Positions 58,556 to 64,000 of a stretch of 64,000 bases of DNA are shown here, piece after piece. The position numbers and the translations under genes are program-made. The notes below the pieces were generated by a model. The model saw only the letters and a list, made by a program, of their open reading frames with translations, did not search any database and was not told the origin of the DNA. The DNA lies in contig CAYSZZ010000015.1 of NCBI GenBank assembly GCA_964435735.1, positions 5,002 to 69,001 on the forward strand, read 5' to 3'. This DNA comes from an uncultured Propionibacteriaceae bacterium (lineage in GTDB: Bacteria; Actinomycetota; Actinomycetes; Propionibacteriales; Propionibacteriaceae). Each line of letters begins with the position of its first letter. Within the stretch, counting starts at the first letter, position 1.

Positions 58556-61129
58556 GTGACTGAATACTCGACGCTCGACACCGAGCTGCCCGGCGGCCCT
58601 GCCCGCGCTGACGAATCCCCGGACACGGTCGCGCATCACCTCGGCCCGGTGTTCCAGCCGACCCATCCACTTGCCCTGGCTCCGGTCACCGCACCCGCCC
58701 ACTCGGTGGACGGCTTCGTCCGCCAGTTCCTGCGCGAGCTGAACACCGGCCAGGGTGTGGCACTGTCGCAGTCCAGCCTCAACGACCAGTACCTCGCGCT
58801 GGCCCGGACGGTGCGCGCCTACCTGATGGCCCGCTGGCTGGAGACCACCCGCAAGATGCGCCAGAGCGAGGCCAAGGTGGTCGGCTACCTGAGCGCGGAG
58901 TATCTGCTGGGGCGTCAGCTCGACAACGCGCTACTGGCCACCGACCTGGAGGAGATCGCCTCCCAGGCGATGGCCTCCTGCGGGCTCGACCTGGAGACGC
59001 TGCGCGCACAGGAACTCGAGCCCGGTCTGGGCAACGGCGGCCTTGGGCGCCTGGCAGCCTGTTTCATCGACTCGCTCGCCACCATGAGCGTGCCCTGCAT
59101 CGGCTACGGGATCCGCTACGAGTACGGCATCTTCCGCCAGACCTTCGTCGACGGCCGCCAGGTCGAGCAGCCCGACACCTGGCTCGCGCTGGGCAGCCCG
59201 TGGGAGTTCCCGCACCCCGAATCGGCGGTACAGGTGGATTTCGGCGGCCACACCGAACGCTACACCGACACCGACGGAACCGAGCGCACCCGCTGGGTGC
59301 CGGACTGGAACGTGCTCGGCATCCCCTACGTCTACACCGTCCCCGGCTACCTGAACGGCCGGGTGAACACCCTGCGGCTGTGGAGCGCCCAGGCGACCAA
59401 GGCCTTCGATCTGTCGATCTTCAACGCCGGCGACTACGCCGAGGCCGTCCGCGCCCAGACCTTCGCCGAGAACATCACCAAGGTGCTCTACCCGGAGGAC
59501 TCGACCCCCCAGGGCAAGGAACTGCGGCTGCAGCAGCAGTACTTCTTCGTGGCTTGTTCGCTGCGGGACTTCATCGACCGCCATCTCGGCCCGGACGTCG
59601 ACCTGCGGACACTGCCGCAGCGGATCATCTTCCAGCTCAACGACACCCATCCCGTGATCGGCGTGCCCGAGCTGATGCGCATCCTGGTCGACGAGCGGAA
59701 GTTCGAATGGGACGAAGCCTGGGAGATCACCAAGCAGTGCTTCGCCTACACCTGCCACACTCTGCTGCCGGAGGCGCTGGAGGTCTGGCCGGTCGAGCTG
59801 CTGGGCCGGCTGCTCCCCCGCCACCTGGAGATCATCTACCGGATCAACGACGAGTTCCTGGCCGAGGTGCGCGCCACCTACCCCGAAGACGAGATGCGCG
59901 CCCGGCGGATGTCGATCATCGCCGACTACCCCGAGCGGGCGGTCCGGATGGCCTACCTGGCCACGGTGGCCGGCAGCAAGGTGAACGGTGTCGCCGCGCT
60001 GCACTCTCAGCTGCTGCGCGACAAGGTGCTGCCGGACTTCTCCGAGTACTGGCCGGAGAAGTTCACCAACGTGACCAACGGCGTCACCCCGCGGCGGTTC
60101 ATCAGGCTGGCCAATCCAGGGCTCTCCAGGCTGATCACCGATGCCATCGGCGTGGGCTGGCTGACCGACCTGGAGCGGCTGATCGAGCTGGAGCGCTACG
60201 CCGAGGATCCCGAGTTCCGTGAGGCATTCGCCGGGGTCAAGGAGCAGAACAAGGCTCGTCTCTACGACCTGCTGCGCGCCCGCGACGGCATCGACCTGCC
60301 CGAGCACCACCTGCTGGACGTGATGGTCAAGCGGCTGCACGAGTACAAGCGGCAGAGCCTGAAGGTACTGCACATCGTGACGCTCTACGAGCAGATCATC
60401 TCCGGCAAGGTCGAGCCGGCAGACGTCACCCCGCGCACCTTCGTGTTCGGCGCCAAGGCGGCCCCGGGCTACCGGATGGCCAAGGAGACGATTCACCTGA
60501 TCAACGAGGTCGCCCGGGTCGTCAACGCCGATCCGCAGGTGGCGGGAACGCTGTCGGTGGCCTTCCCCGCCAACTACAACGTCACGCTGGCCGAGCGGCT
60601 GATCCCGGCAGCGGATCTCTCCGAGCAGATCTCGCTGGCGGGCAAGGAGGCCTCCGGTACCGGCAACATGAAGTTCGCGCTCAACGGTGCCCTGACCATC
60701 GGCACCGACGATGGGGCGAACGTCGAGATCCGCGAGCTGGTCGGAGACGATCACTTCTTCCTCTTCGGGTTGCTCGAACCCGAGGTCGCCGACCTCCAGC
60801 AGAAGGGTTACCGGCCGCACGAGTACTACGAGAGCAACCCGCAGCTGAAGGCCACCCTCGACCTGATCGCCTCGGGGCACTTCTCCGGTGGCGACCGGAA
60901 CACCTTCGAACCACTGGTGTCGAACCTGCTGTACGAGGACCGCTTCCTCGCGCTGGCCGACTATCAGGCGTACATCGACGCGCAGGCCCGGGTGGATGCC
61001 TACTACGCCGACACCGAGGCCTGGACCCGTTCCGCTGTCCTCAACGTCGCCCGCGCGGGGTACTTCTCCTCCGACCGGTCGATGACCGACTACATCGACC
61101 GGATCTGGCACACCCAGCCGCTGCGCTGA
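58556..61129 (+). CDS. glgP: Glycogen/maltodextrin phosphorylase
   Basis: YLSAEYLLGR, GLGNGGLGRL, ELRLQQQYF, QLNDTHP, KRLHEYKRQ, EASGTGNMKF (PLP Lys); TACCGT-N6-GTG start at 58556. Confidence 0.95.
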   Translation: MTEYSTLDTELPGGPARADESPDTVAHHLGPVFQPTHPLALAPVTAPAHSVDGFVRQFLRELNTGQGVALSQSSLNDQYLALARTVRAYLMARWLETTRKMRQSEAKVVGYLSAEYLLGRQLDNALLATDLEEIASQAMASCGLDLETLRAQELEPGLGNGGLGRLAACFIDSLATMSVPCIGYGIRYEYGIFRQTFVDGRQVEQPDTWLALGSPWEFPHPESAVQVDFGGHTERYTDTDGTERTRWVPDWNVLGIPYVYTVPGYLNGRVNTLRLWSAQATKAFDLSIFNAGDYAEAVRAQTFAENITKVLYPEDSTPQGKELRLQQQYFFVACSLRDFIDRHLGPDVDLRTLPQRIIFQLNDTHPVIGVPELMRILVDERKFEWDEAWEITKQCFAYTCHTLLPEALEVWPVELLGRLLPRHLEIIYRINDEFLAEVRATYPEDEMRARRMSIIADYPERAVRMAYLATVAGSKVNGVAALHSQLLRDKVLPDFSEYWPEKFTNVTNGVTPRRFIRLANPGLSRLITDAIGVGWLTDLERLIELERYAEDPEFREAFAGVKEQNKARLYDLLRARDGIDLPEHHLLDVMVKRLHEYKRQSLKVLHIVTLYEQIISGKVEPADVTPRTFVFGAKAAPGYRMAKETIHLINEVARVVNADPQVAGTLSVAFPANYNVTLAERLIPAADLSEQISLAGKEASGTGNMKFALNGALTIGTDDGANVEIRELVGDDHFFLFGLLEPEVADLQQKGYRPHEYYESNPQLKATLDLIASGHFSGGDRNTFEPLVSNLLYEDRFLALADYQAYIDAQARVDAYYADTEAWTRSAVLNVARAGYFSSDRSMTDYIDRIWHTQPLR

Positions 61130-61193
61130 TCGGCATCGACGGCGACCGTCCGAGTCGCACCCCTCACCGGGTCGGGCCCCGATGGTGGTGCGG

Positions 61194-62696
61194 TTACAGC
61201 CCCTGAGCGAGGCGGTAGTAGGCCTGGTTCCAGCGCAGTTCGCGGGTGAATCCACGGACGGTGGTGGCCTCGTCGATCTCGAGCAGCTCGATGCCGGCGA
61301 TCTCGGCGAAGTCGCGGAACACATCGATGCCGACCGCGGTCGTCATCACCGTGTGATGGGCGGCACCGGCGGCCAGCCAGCAAGCGGCACTGGTGGCGAA
61401 GTCCGGAGCCGGACGCCAGACCGCACGTCCGACCGGGAGCTTGGGCAGATCCGGCGGGGTGATGTTCTCCACCACGTTCGCCACCAGCCGGAACCGGTCG
61501 CGGACATCGGACATCGCCACCACGAGCGCCGGGCCGGCGTCCGCGGTGAACACCAGCCGGACCGGATCGGCTTTGCCGCCGATCCCGAGCGGGTGCACCT
61601 CCAGCCGGGGCTTGGCAGTGGTCAGCGAGGGCGAGACCTCCAGCATGTGCGCGCCGAGAATCTTCTCCTCGCCGGGCTTGAGATCATAGGTGTAGTCCTC
61701 CATCAGGGACGCGCCACCGGGCAGCCCGGCACCCATCACGTTGGCCACCCGCACCAGGATCGCGGTCTTCCAGTCCCCCTCGGCGCCGAAGCCATAGCCT
61801 TCGGCCATCAGCCGCTGCACGGCCAGCCCGGGTAGCTGCTTCAGCTCGCCGAGATCCTCGAAGCTGGTGGTGAACGCCCCGAAGCCACCGGCTTCCAGGA
61901 AGGAGCGCAACCCGATCTCGATCGCGGCGCCGTCGCGCAGCGATTGGTGGCGCTCGCCGCCCGGCAACAATTCGGCAGCCACGTCATAGGTCGCCAGGTA
62001 CTCGGCCACCAACGCGTCGATGTCCGCCTCGGAAGCCTCGGCAACCGCCGCCGCCAGGTCGTTCACACCCCAGGTGTTCACCTGGACGCCCAGCTTCAGC
62101 TCGGCCTCGGTCTTGTCGCCCTCGGTGACCGCCACGTAGCGCATGTTGTCCCCGAACCGGGCCAGCTTCAGCGTCCGGGCGGCCTGCCAGCCGGCGGCCG
62201 CGCGCTGCCACAACTCCACCTGGCGACGCACCTCGGGGTTCGACACGTGGCCGACCACGGTCTTGCGTGGCACGCCGAGCCGGGTCTGGATGTAGCCGAA
62301 CTCCCGGTCGCCGTGGGCGGCCTGGTTCAGGTTCATGAAGTCGAAGTCGATTTCGTCCCAGGGCAGTTCGACATTGGCCTGCGTGTGCAGGTGCAGCAGC
62401 GGCTTGCGCAACGCGTCCAGGCCGGTGATCCACATCTTCGCCGGGCTGAAGGTGTGCATCCAGGCGACGACTCCGATCACGTCGTCGCGCGCGTTCGCCT
62501 CCAGCGCGAACCGGCGGATGCCGTCGGTGTCGATCAGCACCGGCTTCCACACCACCTTCACCGGCAGCGCCGCCAGCCCGGCGGCAACCGCCTGCGACTG
62601 TTCGGCCACCTGGCGCAGCGTCTCGTCGCCGTACAGCGACTGGCTGCCGGTGACGAACCAGATCTCGTAGCTGTCGAGAGTGGTGTTCAGGGTCAT
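61194..62696 (-). CDS. araA: L-arabinose isomerase
   Basis: [59 protein letters not shown]. Confidence 0.96.
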   Translation of the reverse strand: MTLNTTLDSYEIWFVTGSQSLYGDETLRQVAEQSQAVAAGLAALPVKVVWKPVLIDTDGIRRFALEANARDDVIGVVAWMHTFSPAKMWITGLDALRKPLLHLHTQANVELPWDEIDFDFMNLNQAAHGDREFGYIQTRLGVPRKTVVGHVSNPEVRRQVELWQRAAAGWQAARTLKLARFGDNMRYVAVTEGDKTEAELKLGVQVNTWGVNDLAAAVAEASEADIDALVAEYLATYDVAAELLPGGERHQSLRDGAAIEIGLRSFLEAGGFGAFTTSFEDLGELKQLPGLAVQRLMAEGYGFGAEGDWKTAILVRVANVMGAGLPGGASLMEDYTYDLKPGEEKILGAHMLEVSPSLTTAKPRLEVHPLGIGGKADPVRLVFTADAGPALVVAMSDVRDRFRLVANVVENITPPDLPKLPVGRAVWRPAPDFATSAACWLAAGAAHHTVMTTAVGIDVFRDFAEIAGIELLEIDEATTVRGFTRELRWNQAYYRLAQGL

Positions 62697-63424
62697 GCTT
62701 CTTCCTTCTGATCGGCGGGACGGCGGTCGTCAGTGGCCTGGCCGTACACGTTCTGATAGCGGTTGTACAACGCGTCGATGTCGGATGGGGCGATCGGCAC
62801 GGGCTCACCCAGCTGCCGCGCGAAGTGGACGGTGCGCGCAACGTCCTCCACCATCACCGCGGCCTTCACCGCGTCCCGGGCGGTGACGCCGACGGTGAAG
62901 GGGCCGTGGTTGGCCATCAGCACCGCGCGGGAGCGGGAACCACGCAGGGTCTCCACGATTCCCCGGCCGATCGAATCGTCACCGATCAGCGCGAACGGGC
63001 CGACCGGGATCTCGCCACCGAACTCATCGGCGATCATCGTCAGCACGCACGGGATCGGCTCGCGGCGCGCAGCCCACGCTGTCGCGTAGTCGGAGTGGGT
63101 GTGCACCACGCCGCCCACCTCGGGCATGTGCCGGTAGACGTAGGCGTGCGCCGCGGTGTCGCTGGAGGGTGCACGCTCGCTGCCTGGAGTGCCGGGGATC
63201 GCCAGGCCGTCGAGATCGCACAGGATCATGTTCTCCGGCGCCAGCTCGTCGTACGAAACCCCTGACGGCTTGATCACGAACAGATCGGTGCCCGGCACCC
63301 GTCCCGAGACGTTGCCCGCCGTCCAGACCACCAGCCCGTAACGCACCAACTCGGCGTGCAGTCCAGCGACCTCGGCCCGCACCCCCGCAATCCGTGCCGC
63401 GAGTTCGGGATCAAACGATGTCAT
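62693..63424 (-). CDS. araD: L-ribulose-5-phosphate 4-epimerase
   Basis: [34 protein letters not shown]; ATGA overlap with araA. Confidence 0.93.
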   Translation of the reverse strand: MTSFDPELAARIAGVRAEVAGLHAELVRYGLVVWTAGNVSGRVPGTDLFVIKPSGVSYDELAPENMILCDLDGLAIPGTPGSERAPSSDTAAHAYVYRHMPEVGGVVHTHSDYATAWAARREPIPCVLTMIADEFGGEIPVGPFALIGDDSIGRGIVETLRGSRSRAVLMANHGPFTVGVTARDAVKAAVMVEDVARTVHFARQLGEPVPIAPSDIDALYNRYQNVYGQATDDRRPADQKEEA

Positions 63425-63451
63425 CTGGGTCTCCTTCGACGTCCGATGACA

Positions 63452-63465
63452 TGTTACCGCTAACA
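63452..63465. promoter_or_regulatory. LacI-type operator upstream of araD
   Basis: TGTTACCGCTAACA, one base from the perfect palindrome TGTTAGCGCTAACA; overlaps the stop of the upstream LacI gene. Confidence 0.7.
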
Positions 63466-63999
63466 GGCTGGCGTTGTCGTGGATTCCCGTACCACCAGTT
63501 CCGGAGCGATCGGTTCCGCACGGACGGCGGCCTCCCCGCGCAGGCCGCCGAGCAGCAGCGACACGCTCAACCGGCCGAGCGCCCGGAAGTCCTGGCGGAC
63601 GGTGGTGAGCGGCGGCAGGAAGTGCGCTGACTCCGGGATGTCATCGAAGCCGACCACGCTGATGTCCTGTGGTACCCGCAGCCCCCTGGCGTGCAGCCCG
63701 TGCAGCAACCCCAGCGCCATCTGGTCGTTGGCGACGAAGATCGCCGTGGCCTCGTCCAGCTCGGGCGCCTGGCTCGCGTAGTGATAGCCGAAGTCCGCGG
63801 TCCAGTCCCCGACCACGGGTTCACGGACGGACAGCCCTTCCTCGGTGAGGCGTTCCTGCCAGGCGTCCCGGCGTGCCAACGCGTCCAGACCGTCAGCCGG
63901 GCCCGCGAGGTGGAGGATGTCGCGGTGGCCCAACGCCAGCAGGTGGTCGACGGCCAGCCGGGTGCCCGCGCGCTGGTCGACCGCCGCTGTGAGCCGGTT
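63460..63999 (-). CDS. LacI-family regulator (AraR-like), C-terminal part; 5' end lies beyond the window
   Basis: Frame open to the edge: VDQRAGTRLAVDHLLALGHRDILHLAGP, IFVANDQMALG, PQDISVVGFDD, PPLTTVRQDF, LVVRES. Confidence 0.88.
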   Translation of the reverse strand, partial: NRLTAAVDQRAGTRLAVDHLLALGHRDILHLAGPADGLDALARRDAWQERLTEEGLSVREPVVGDWTADFGYHYASQAPELDEATAIFVANDQMALGLLHGLHARGLRVPQDISVVGFDDIPESAHFLPPLTTVRQDFRALGRLSVSLLLGGLRGEAAVRAEPIAPELVVRESTTTPAC

Positions 64000-64000
64000 C

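Noticed and set aside
58931-61324. 797-aa minus-strand ORF, and similar long ORFs at 3331-5496, 7545-9908, 11341-13863, 14675-16951, 22621-24429, 33892-35661 and 37873-40137
   Set aside because: Shadow or alternate frames of well-supported genes; Arg/Gly/Pro-rich composition and no domain signatures.

Overview
A ~70% GC actinobacterial chromosome segment, most like Propionibacteriaceae. The core backbone is leuS-comEA-comEC...holA, rpsT, lepA-hemW...hrcA-dnaJ-rsmE...phoH. Other modules: (i) an uncharacterised exported/surface-protein operon (lipoprotein + 1139-aa protein + Pro/Thr-linker protein) behind an unusual double-HTH LuxR regulator, converging on a CPBP/Abi protease; (ii) an ABC-2 exporter with an XRE regulator; (iii) a tgt with an atypical substrate pocket; (iv) a liv-type ABC importer; (v) a sucrose PTS cluster; (vi) a membrane-anchored AlbA_2/Schlafen protein; (vii) an alphaproteobacterial-type nadQ-nadA-nadB-nadC module with tandem operator boxes; (viii) an mntH-mntR-CDF operon; (ix) glgP and part of an arabinose cluster. 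Non-ORF signals read from the sequence include a Leu-rich leader-peptide attenuator in front of leuS, a perfect CIRCE, LacI-type operators for scr and ara, NadQ-, MntR- and GlnR-like boxes, REP-like hairpins and many leaderless starts. phoH has an in-frame TAG and a probable CTG start. No rRNA, tRNA, CRISPR array, transposase, integrase or prophage gene was seen. All family assignments are from motif recognition, not database searches.
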